Shown here one piece after another: positions 56,431 through 64,000 of a stretch of 64,000 nucleotides of DNA. Under the pieces are notes generated by a model. The model was given only the letters and a program-made list of their open reading frames with translations, was not told where the DNA came from and made no database searches. The DNA comes from a virus. Position 1 is the stretch's first letter, and each line of letters starts with the position of its first letter. The translations under genes were made by a program, and so were the position numbers. The DNA lies in IMG/VR virus record IMGVR_UViG_3300022745_000021, positions 32,001-96,000 of that record. One strand, 5' to 3'.

Positions 56431-57009
56431 TTACGTGCGCTTGCGCACCTTGAACTCGGGTTCCTTGGTAACGGTCGAGAGCACCTTGTCCAGCAGCGGC
56501 TTGCCGCCGAAGTTGGTGACCGCCTCGCGGCTGATCTTGCACAGGCCGATCGCGTCCTTGGGGCCGATCTCGGCGAACAGCTTCACCGGATCGACTTCCT
56601 CGGCGACGGCGGACATTTCGCCGACGTCGTAGATGGTCTCGCCGAGCTTGATCGCGAAGTTGGCGACCTTGTGCTGCTTGACGAACTTCGCCAGCGCGCG
56701 TTCCGCCTTGGTCTCGGCCGACTTCGCCTTGGCGGCGATGTCCTTGAGGCGCAGGAACTCCTGCACGTCGGCGATGGCCTTGGTCTTGGCTTCCTCGGGC
56801 GTGAGGTTGCTGGCCTCGACCAGCACCTCGACCTCGGCGATCACGGTGGGGACGAGCGTGGTGTTGCTGGTGGCCGGGGGAGCCACGTCGGCCGCCGACA
56901 CTTCCGGCTGCGACGCCGGGGCGGGACGGTTGCGGGCGCGCACCCGGGGGGCCGGGGCGCTGGTGGTCTCGGGTGCGGAAGCCTTCGCGGCGACTGCGGT
57001 GATGGTCAT
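56431..57009 (-). CDS. Hypothetical protein
   Basis: GAGGAGACCC RBS; own promoter; strong codon bias. Confidence 0.75.
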   Translation of the reverse strand: MTITAVAAKASAPETTSAPAPRVRARNRPAPASQPEVSAADVAPPATSNTTLVPTVIAEVEVLVEASNLTPEEAKTKAIADVQEFLRLKDIAAKAKSAETKAERALAKFVKQHKVANFAIKLGETIYDVGEMSAVAEEVDPVKLFAEIGPKDAIGLCKISREAVTNFGGKPLLDKVLSTVTKEPEFKVRKRT

Positions 57010-57065
57010 TGTCTGGGTCTCCTCTTTTGCTGCCGGCACCCTTGTACCGTTATCGTGGTTCTACG

Positions 57066-57572
57066 TCAAGCGGGTTTTTCGTACTCGCCGCAACCCTTGC
57101 CGATCTGGCCCTTGTCGTCGCGGGCAGTGAACTCCTGCCACGGCACCCAGCCCTGCGGGCAGGCAAAGCCCCAGTCGCGCTCGAACACGCCCGACATGAA
57201 CAGCGTGATCGCGGGCTGGTTGTCGATCAGTTCGACCCGGTGCAGCGCGGTCGCCGGGCGGCTGATGACGTCGCCGGCATAGCGGCGGAAGCTGCCCTCG
57301 GGGGTGTGCTCGATGTAGCCGCCTTCGAGCACGATGCTGGTGTTCGCCCACGGGTGATCGTGGAACGCGCGGTCGTCGTCGGACGCGCGGAACTCGTGCA
57401 GGTAGACGTTCTGGAGCACGTTGCGCGGGATCACCCACCAGCGGCGCAGATAGTCAGCCCCGATGACGAAGTCGGGTTCGCGCGACGCCATAAGCTCGCG
57501 TGCCCATGCCGCCATGCCGGCGAGATCGAGGCGGTGGTCGGTGGCGGGGGCGGTAATTGGTTGGTTGTCCAT
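57066..57572 (-). CDS. Cupin-fold phage protein
   Basis: YLRRWW...NVYLH.F..SD..R..HDHPW...L.GGY.E...HRVEL. Confidence 0.75.
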   Translation of the reverse strand: MDNQPITAPATDHRLDLAGMAAWARELMASREPDFVIGADYLRRWWVIPRNVLQNVYLHEFRASDDDRAFHDHPWANTSIVLEGGYIEHTPEGSFRRYAGDVISRPATALHRVELIDNQPAITLFMSGVFERDWGFACPQGWVPWQEFTARDDKGQIGKGCGEYEKPA

Positions 57573-57665
57573 ACGTGTTCCTTTCCGGTCTGTCTTGCCC
57601 CTACACGTGTTGCTCGGGGCGGGGTTGCAACGCGTTGCAGGGTTCGGGTGGTTACTCGGGGGTGG

Positions 57666-60659
57666 TTACGCGGTGAGCCTGACGTGCACCGACGCCAGCG
57701 CGTCCTCGGGCGACATGCTCGGGGTGAGCACCCACTGCGGATCACCCTCGACGAACGCCTTGAGGATCGCGTCCTCGTCGCTGTGCTGATACCACGTCGG
57801 CATCACCGAGTTGATGTCCTCGCGCTCGGCCATTTCGCCAAGGCTGGCCGGCGAGATTTCGGCGTCGGAGCCGAACGGCAGCGGCGCGGTGATCCCGAAC
57901 CACTCCTCCAGCGGCGGGTTCTGCATGAACCAGCACAGGACCGGAAGCACGGCCTCCTCGTAGCCTTCCTCGATCTCCAGCACGACCTGATCGTGGACGG
58001 TGAGCACGACGCGGGCGATGTCGGGGTGGACATGCGCTTGGAAGCGGTAGGCCCCGATCAGGCACAAGTCCGACCCCACACGCTGGATCGGCGCGTTGAT
58101 CGCCTGCCGCTCGGTTTCCGAAACGGTCGAGCGGTTGTCCGACTTGATGCTTGGCAGGTGGCGGGCCGCGCCAAGCAAGCCGCGCACCATGCAGTCACGG
58201 TGTACGATTTCGCGCATGACGGCATGCCACGGCTCAAGCCGGTAGCGATCGAAGTAGCGGTTGCGGATCGTCACCGCTTCCTCGCTGGTGAAGTCCACCC
58301 CGTAGTTGGTCTTGGCGTAGGTGCGGAAGGTCTCGGCCATCGCGCCGTAAACGAACCCGAACGAAACTGCCTTGGCGCGGAAGCGTTGCAGTGCGTGCAG
58401 CGACTTCAAGGTCAGCGCCGCGCGCTTCTCGGGGCTGGTCTGGTCGAACAGCTGCTTGGCGCCGGGCAGGTCGAGCACATCGCGCAGGAACACCGCGTCG
58501 GTCTTCCACGTCGCGAACTCCTCGGCGGATAGCCCCAACGACACAGCTGCCGTCGCGGCGTGAATGTCGCCATTCGCCCGGTAAATGTCGATCATGTTGG
58601 CTTCGTTTGCCATCCACGCGACCAGCCGAAGCTCGATCTGGCTCATGTCCGATGCGCCGAACACCTTGCGCGGCCCGGGGCGCATGATGCGCTGGTACGG
58701 CTTCGCCCAGCGGCCCCGCTTGGGGAAGTTCTGACCGTTCGGCTCGCGGCTGGCGGTGCGCCCGGTGTTGGTCCCGGTCAGCGTGAAGCTCGGGTGGATT
58801 TTGCTCTGGTCCGACAGGTACTGCCAGAAGCCGGTGCCGTGCTCCTGTTTGCCGACGTAGGTCGAAGACATTTTCTTCGCCTTCATGAAGTCGGTCAGGT
58901 CGAGCACGAAGTTGCCGGCCTTGGCGTCGGTGACGAAGTACGGCAGGTGGTCCTTGGTCGAGACGGAGGCCACGCGCTGGTGCGCGGGCAGCCGCGCAGT
59001 CGAGGGCGTGAACACGCTCGGCTTGAGGCCGAAGCCGTCCTTGGAGAACAGCACGTCGCGGGTGAACTCGTCGCGGGTGAACGACAGCGCCTTGGACAAC
59101 GCCTCCTGTTGCTTCTTGGTGCCCACCTTCCCGGCTGCCGTCGCGGCGGCCATGTGCTTGCGGCGGACAGGCGCGGGCACGCGGCGGATCAGCGAGCGGT
59201 AGAGGTCGCGGGTATAGGTGTCCACTTCCTCGCCAAGCGCGGTCAGGCGCTCTTGGTCGATGGTGACGCCGGCCGGTTCGGTGACCTGCGCGAACATCAT
59301 CAGCGAGGGCATCTGTACCTTGTGCAGCAGCTTCCACTGCTTGGGATCGCGGCGCAGGATGTCGCGCAGGCGCTGCGCCAGTCGGAACACCGCGTCCGGG
59401 TCGCCGCCTGCGTAGCTGCGCATGCCGTGGGTGGTGATCTTGCCCGTCTCGTCGAGGATGTCCTCGGGCGGCACCTCGATCATGCGGTCCTTGTTGGTGG
59501 TCTGGTTGAACGCGTCGGCGTAGCCTGCCATTTCGGGCACCCACACCCGGGTGCACTCGTCGAGGTTCCGCTGGATCATGTTCTCGTCCGCTTGGAACGA
59601 CATGATCTCGGTGTCCATGTACCAGCCGCGCGGTTGCAACCGGCTGCAACTGCCGTCGCCGCGCCGCACGTTGACCTTGGAGAGGATGTGGTGATCGTAC
59701 TTGAGGTTGTGCCCCAGCTTCTTGATCGACCGGTCCTCCATGAGGTCGGCCAGCTGGCGGATGCCCTCCTCCATCTGCGAGAACGGCAGGCCCGGGAACA
59801 CCTTCTCCCAGTAGCGCTCGTGGATCGGCAGCAGGTAGCTCTCGCCGGGCTTGACGCACAGCTGCGCAAGGAAGCCGAACACCTCGTCGCTGTACCAGCG
59901 CAGGCCGGTGGTTTCCGTGTCGGCCGCCATCACCGTCGGGCGGTTCTCGATAAGCTCGTGCAGGTCGGGCACCCAGCGGTAGTTGGTTACCTGCTTGACC
60001 ATACCCGACGACTGGAAGTCATTGGCGCGCAGCTTGGCGATCGTGCGCCAGTCCGCCTCGAACACCGGGCGATGCTCGGGGTTGCGCAGCACGAAGCCCG
60101 GCGCGAACATCGGCATCACCGGCACCGGGGCACCGCCCACGGTGACGCCCTTGGCCTGCTCGATCGCACCGCGCGACTTGGTGATCTGCACCGAGCGGCC
60201 CAGCAGCGCCCGGCTGGCAAGCTCGCCCGTGGTCACCACCAGCCGGGGCTGGCGCGCGGTGATGATCTCGCGCAGCGCCTCGACGTGGGCCTCGACGTGC
60301 GCCCACTTGCGCGCGGCGGACGTGAGCGCGATGTCGCCGATAGGCGGGGCCAGCCGGACGAACGCGACGTCGGTAAGGTCGATCCCGGCGGCCCGGGCGG
60401 TCTCGCGCATCAGGTGCATCGCCTCGGCCGTCGCCGGCAGCCCGGCGTTCCATGCCTCCATTGCCTTGCGGTTACTCTCGACCAGCGCGTCGCACACGAC
60501 AAGCACCTTGGCCTCGGCGTTGCCCCACACGAGGTTGACGCGGTTGGGGGCCTTGGCCTGCGCCGCGACGCCGGTGATCGCGCCGACGCGCGCCGGGGTC
60601 TGGGGCGTGTCCGGGGTGTTCTGGGGGGCGGCGCTGACCGCGCGGGGGATGATCGGCAT
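57666..60659 (-). CDS. polA: Family A DNA polymerase with an N-terminal UDG-like domain and 3'-5' exonuclease
   Basis: DTETTG and HNLKYD (exonuclease); TGR.AS..PN.QN.P, DMSQIELR, RAKAVSFGFVYG and VHDQ (polymerase); P.LVVTTG...P.FVLR (UDG-4-like). Confidence 0.95.
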   Translation of the reverse strand: MPIIPRAVSAAPQNTPDTPQTPARVGAITGVAAQAKAPNRVNLVWGNAEAKVLVVCDALVESNRKAMEAWNAGLPATAEAMHLMRETARAAGIDLTDVAFVRLAPPIGDIALTSAARKWAHVEAHVEALREIITARQPRLVVTTGELASRALLGRSVQITKSRGAIEQAKGVTVGGAPVPVMPMFAPGFVLRNPEHRPVFEADWRTIAKLRANDFQSSGMVKQVTNYRWVPDLHELIENRPTVMAADTETTGLRWYSDEVFGFLAQLCVKPGESYLLPIHERYWEKVFPGLPFSQMEEGIRQLADLMEDRSIKKLGHNLKYDHHILSKVNVRRGDGSCSRLQPRGWYMDTEIMSFQADENMIQRNLDECTRVWVPEMAGYADAFNQTTNKDRMIEVPPEDILDETGKITTHGMRSYAGGDPDAVFRLAQRLRDILRRDPKQWKLLHKVQMPSLMMFAQVTEPAGVTIDQERLTALGEEVDTYTRDLYRSLIRRVPAPVRRKHMAAATAAGKVGTKKQQEALSKALSFTRDEFTRDVLFSKDGFGLKPSVFTPSTARLPAHQRVASVSTKDHLPYFVTDAKAGNFVLDLTDFMKAKKMSSTYVGKQEHGTGFWQYLSDQSKIHPSFTLTGTNTGRTASREPNGQNFPKRGRWAKPYQRIMRPGPRKVFGASDMSQIELRLVAWMANEANMIDIYRANGDIHAATAAVSLGLSAEEFATWKTDAVFLRDVLDLPGAKQLFDQTSPEKRAALTLKSLHALQRFRAKAVSFGFVYGAMAETFRTYAKTNYGVDFTSEEAVTIRNRYFDRYRLEPWHAVMREIVHRDCMVRGLLGAARHLPSIKSDNRSTVSETERQAINAPIQRVGSDLCLIGAYRFQAHVHPDIARVVLTVHDQVVLEIEEGYEEAVLPVLCWFMQNPPLEEWFGITAPLPFGSDAEISPASLGEMAEREDINSVMPTWYQHSDEDAILKAFVEGDPQWVLTPSMSPEDALASVHVRLTA

Positions 60660-61948
60660 CAGATATTCCCCGTGAGGCGGGCCATCAGCTGTTCGTGCTC
60701 GTCCTCGCGGGGAAGCTCGCTGAAATCCATCGGGTTGAACAGGAAGTTGGTGTCGAAGTCGAACAGTTCACCGTCGCGGTTCTTGCCGCCGGTGTACTTG
60801 CGCTTGGTGCGCCGGAAGGTCGGGTCATCGACGTAGTCCACCGCGACGACGACGCTGGAGATTTGACCGATCACGTCACCGCCCGCGATCTGGTTCATGT
60901 CGAAGGCGACGCCCTCTTTCTTCTCGCGCGACAGCTGGAGCGACTGGATCACCGGCAGGTTGCGGTCCTGCGCGATGCCCTTGATCTCCTCGCCGACGTC
61001 GTAGATTTTCTCCCAGCGCGCGCCGTTGTTGCGCTGCTTCTTCTGCGAGCCGACGAGGTACGACGCGTCGATGTAAAGCCCGTCGGGTCCGAACTCCTGC
61101 ACCAGCCGGTCGATGTCGGCGGTGGTTTTCTTGAAGGACCCCGACATCAGGTGGAACGGCGGCAGGTTGCGGGCGCGCTCGACCCATTCGTGGAGGATTT
61201 CCTCGCCGTGCATGGTGATCCGGCCCCGGCGGATGTCGTCGGGGTTCATGCCGGACGCCAGCGCCAGCATACGCCGCGCCATCTGGTGGTCGGTCATTTC
61301 CATGGTGACCAGCACCACGGGGTGCCCGGCGAGCCACGCCGTGAGCGCCATGAACAGGATCGTCCACGACTTGCCGACGTTGGGGCGGGCGACGACGGAA
61401 ATCACGTCACCGGGCTGGCCGCCTGCGGTGGCCCGGTTCATGGTGTACCAGCCGAACGGGACGCCGGTAAGCTCCCCTGCCCCGTTCATGCGCAGCAAGA
61501 GCGCTTCTTCGAGCACGGTCGCCATGGCGTCGGCGAGCGGCACGGTGTCCCGGCGCCCGTCAAATTCCGACATCGCCCGGTACAGGTCGCGCACGATCTG
61601 GCGCACGCCCTCGACGTTGCGCGCGGTGATCGCGGTGTCGAGGTCGGTCATGCAGGCCGCCGCCGCCGAGTACACCGCCCGGTCGCGCAGGCGGTCGATC
61701 CAGTAGTCGAGCGGCCCCGTCGCGGTCGGCAGGTTGAAGCCGTTCTGGCGCATGATGTCCACCGACGGCAGCGAGCCGTGGCGCTGGTAGAAGCCCGACA
61801 GGAAGTCGTAGGCGGACTGCTCCTCGGGGAAGAACAGGCCCGGCGACAGCGAGCGCATGGTGGTGCGGCTGCCGGCGTCGATCACCGCGCGCAGCGCTTG
61901 CAGCGCCGTGGACGCGATCGAACTGGAGGCGGTCGGCTGGATCGTCAC
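60659..61948 (-). CDS. dnaB: DnaB-like replicative helicase
   Basis: GVPFGW, ARPNVGKS, TMEM, YID, QLSRE and KNRDG motifs. Confidence 0.92.
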   Translation of the reverse strand: MTIQPTASSSIASTALQALRAVIDAGSRTTMRSLSPGLFFPEEQSAYDFLSGFYQRHGSLPSVDIMRQNGFNLPTATGPLDYWIDRLRDRAVYSAAAACMTDLDTAITARNVEGVRQIVRDLYRAMSEFDGRRDTVPLADAMATVLEEALLLRMNGAGELTGVPFGWYTMNRATAGGQPGDVISVVARPNVGKSWTILFMALTAWLAGHPVVLVTMEMTDHQMARRMLALASGMNPDDIRRGRITMHGEEILHEWVERARNLPPFHLMSGSFKKTTADIDRLVQEFGPDGLYIDASYLVGSQKKQRNNGARWEKIYDVGEEIKGIAQDRNLPVIQSLQLSREKKEGVAFDMNQIAGGDVIGQISSVVVAVDYVDDPTFRRTKRKYTGGKNRDGELFDFDTNFLFNPMDFSELPREDEHEQLMARLTGNI

Positions 61949-62508
61949 TTGGCTGCGCCCTCGGTGATGCGCACCACGCGGTTGTGCTGTTCGAGGGTCT
62001 GCTCGATCAGGCCGTCCCACCAGCCCACCGGCTCGGCGGCGCGGCGGGTCACGGTGACGGCGCGGTTATCGGTCACCCGGTCTTCGATGAAGGCTTCGAC
62101 CAGCGCGATCTCGTAGCTGCGCAGCGGGTTCTCGTGGCCGGTCTCGAAGTCGCGGATCACGAGGTGGCGGATGGCGCGAAGCTCGGCTTCGTTCTCGGCG
62201 AGGAGCTTGGGCAGGCGGACCAGCGGCACGACGCGGGTGGTGAGGCCGACGAACAGCATGGCCCGGGCGGTGAGCATGACGATCTCGGTGGCCTTGGGGG
62301 TCGCGCCCCGGAAGTCGAAGCCCAGCCCTTCATCGCGAATGCGCAGTGCGTGGTCGATGATGAACTTCTTGAGCGCCGCGCCGGTCTCGCCCAGTTCTTC
62401 GAGGCTGCGGTTGTGGAACGACCGACCGATGCCAGCGTCGGCGAGCGCCTGAATGGCGTCCTCGCTGCGCTGTTCGCTGTGCGTGCCGACGTACCGCTGC
62501 TCGATCAC
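61945..62508 (-). CDS. DnaC/IstB-like helicase loader with degenerate Walker motifs
   Basis: AGI..F...SL, GL.F.G, L...LVI.DF, I.DR....AV.VT; lies between initiator and DnaB. Confidence 0.6.
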   Translation of the reverse strand: MIEQRYVGTHSEQRSEDAIQALADAGIGRSFHNRSLEELGETGAALKKFIIDHALRIRDEGLGFDFRGATPKATEIVMLTARAMLFVGLTTRVVPLVRLPKLLAENEAELRAIRHLVIRDFETGHENPLRSYEIALVEAFIEDRVTDNRAVTVTRRAAEPVGWWDGLIEQTLEQHNRVVRITEGAAK

Positions 62509-63971
62509 GAATTGGTTTCCCCGTTGTTGGTGGTGGCCTTGCCGAAGAAGGCGCGATCGGCGTCCGCCGCGCTCATTCCCGTCCGTGCCAGTAACTGCCT
62601 AGCAACACTTGTAGGCTTCTCCTCGCCGCGTGGCAACCCCCTTTCGGTTGCAACTGGTTGCAACGGCGCGGGGGCCACCGGGGCGGGACGGGTCCGCACC
62701 CGCGCCTTGGGTAGCCGGGCCGCTTCGCGCTCGGCGGCGGCGCGCACCTTGGCCTCGGCGACGATCTGGATCGCGTTGTCCTGACTGTAGCCCTTGGCGA
62801 CCAGTTCCTCGACCTGCGACAGCGAAAGGTCATCCAGCGCCCGGGCACGGGCCTTGGTCATGAACTCGTTGTGGAAGTGCTCGAAGAACGCGCCGAGAAA
62901 CCCGATCTTGGGCAGCGTCGGCGGCGGGGTATGCAGGCCCGAGAGCTTGCCGGTCACCGGACGCCAGTTGGTCACGGCGAACGTGAGGAAGTCGCAGAAC
63001 GCGCCGTTGACCTTGGGCCAGCGGGCAAACAGCGCCATGGCCTGTCCGCGCTCCTGCTTGCTCCACAGCGGCGGCCGGGTCTCGTCGCGGAAGGCGTCCG
63101 CCCATGCCACGCCCCAGACCAGTTCGAGGTCCGCGCCACGGATCACGCCGGCAATCGTGCTGGACTTCTGACCCGGCGGCAGCGGTGCGGCGCAGTTCAC
63201 GCGGTTGATCGCGGATTGCAACCGGGTTGCAACTTTCTTGGCAGCGGCAGCGCGGTGCGCTTCGACGATTTCACGGACGGATGGTTCGTCGGATTTTTCA
63301 GCGCGAGCCTTGTTCAGCTGACTTTCGGCGAAAGGCATTTCGATCTGGCCTGCCCGTTCGTCTTCGGAAAACTCGTCCTCTGAAAATCCATCGTCGAACA
63401 AGGTGGCAGGCACGGCGGCAGCCGTGACCGGCGCGGCAGCGCCGTGGTGAGAAGTATCAGTGAAGGTACTAGTGTAGGTATCAGTATTATGTGGTCGCGT
63501 GGCGACCAAGGGTCGGTCGCGTGGCGACCAAGGGTCGGTCGTCTCCTGACCTAGGGTAGGTCGCGTGGCGACCACCCCTGCATTCAATCGCTTAGGGGTC
63601 GGAATGGTTGGCGGCACGGCGGTAATCTCCCACGGGGCGAGCACGAGTTCGACGTTCACGGACAGCTTCAAGCCGATCATGCAGCCGGTTTTCTGGTCGT
63701 AGCGCAGCGTCTGGTTGACGATGCCAAGGTCCACGAGCTTGGCGAGGCACGCCTTCACGGTCGTGCGGCCGATGCCGATAGGTGGGGTGTTCCACTGCCC
63801 CTTGCCAGAGGTGCGCCCGTCCACGATCTCGCCGATCGTCGTGTCGATGTGGTCGAAGCCCCACTGTACGGTCATGTCCTGAATGCGCAGGAACACCGCC
63901 CGATCGTTCGGGTTCAGGAGCGCGCCCCATCGCCGCTCGATCGCCTGCGGGACCAAGACTTTGATGGACAC
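62505..63971 (-). CDS. Replication initiator (lambda O-like, N-terminal wHTH)
   Basis: IGRTTVKACLAKLVDLGIV wHTH; internal iterons; upstream of the loader and helicase. Confidence 0.75.
   Translation of the reverse strand: MSIKVLVPQAIERRWGALLNPNDRAVFLRIQDMTVQWGFDHIDTTIGEIVDGRTSGKGQWNTPPIGIGRTTVKACLAKLVDLGIVNQTLRYDQKTGCMIGLKLSVNVELVLAPWEITAVPPTIPTPKRLNAGVVATRPTLGQETTDPWSPRDRPLVATRPHNTDTYTSTFTDTSHHGAAAPVTAAAVPATLFDDGFSEDEFSEDERAGQIEMPFAESQLNKARAEKSDEPSVREIVEAHRAAAAKKVATRLQSAINRVNCAAPLPPGQKSSTIAGVIRGADLELVWGVAWADAFRDETRPPLWSKQERGQAMALFARWPKVNGAFCDFLTFAVTNWRPVTGKLSGLHTPPPTLPKIGFLGAFFEHFHNEFMTKARARALDDLSLSQVEELVAKGYSQDNAIQIVAEAKVRAAAEREAARLPKARVRTRPAPVAPAPLQPVATERGLPRGEEKPTSVARQLLARTGMSAADADRAFFGKATTNNGETNS
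63451..63573. other. Putative replication origin: four 22-bp-period iterons plus an AT-rich flank
   Basis: GGTCGC-GTG-GCGACC at 63493, 63515, (63537, degenerate) and 63559; AT-rich segment 63451-63490. Confidence 0.8.
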
Positions 63972-64000
63972 ACCCCCGGGGTCCGGGGTAGCCGGGTATA

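Noticed and set aside
32359-60836. Long plus-strand ORFs (e.g. 32359-34899, 44139-46106, 58560-60836, also 9396-11489)
   Set aside because: Antisense shadows of well-supported minus-strand genes in GC-rich DNA; no RBS or recognisable motifs.

Overview
A 64-kb segment of a large, GC-rich, apparently lytic tailed dsDNA phage. The class Ia ribonucleotide reductase and the GAGGAGAC-type RBS point to an alphaproteobacterial host (inference). Almost all genes are on the minus strand. In transcription order (right to left) the window has five parts: (1) a replication block with a lambda O-like initiator carrying an internal iteron origin, a degenerate DnaC-like loader, DnaB, PolA with an N-terminal UDG-like domain, primase, SSB, an SF2 helicase, RecA and Hjc/Cas4/RuvC-type nucleases; (2) nucleotide metabolism genes (nrdAB, MazG, PhoH, phosphoesterases; also glutaredoxin, RNase H and thyA at the left end); (3) a ParB/ParB/PAPS-reductase/TauD-like/IbrB-like cluster; (4) TerS and a TerL fractured by a naturally split intein with an HNH-AP2 endonuclease between the halves; (5) about 27 kb of small early genes driven by repeated promoter-leader cassettes. 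Main novel signals: a stand-alone ~125-nt sRNA whose bipartite seed is complementary to the conserved leader plus RBS of many phage mRNAs; about 40 evenly dispersed TGCARC-N2/3-GYTGCA palindromes, including inside genes in all reading frames; two further operator families, one with a candidate cognate Mor-like HTH regulator; the split TerL intein; AUU/AUC start codons; and a recurrent R[VI]RxR terminal peptide. All functional calls come from motif recognition by eye; no database search was run.
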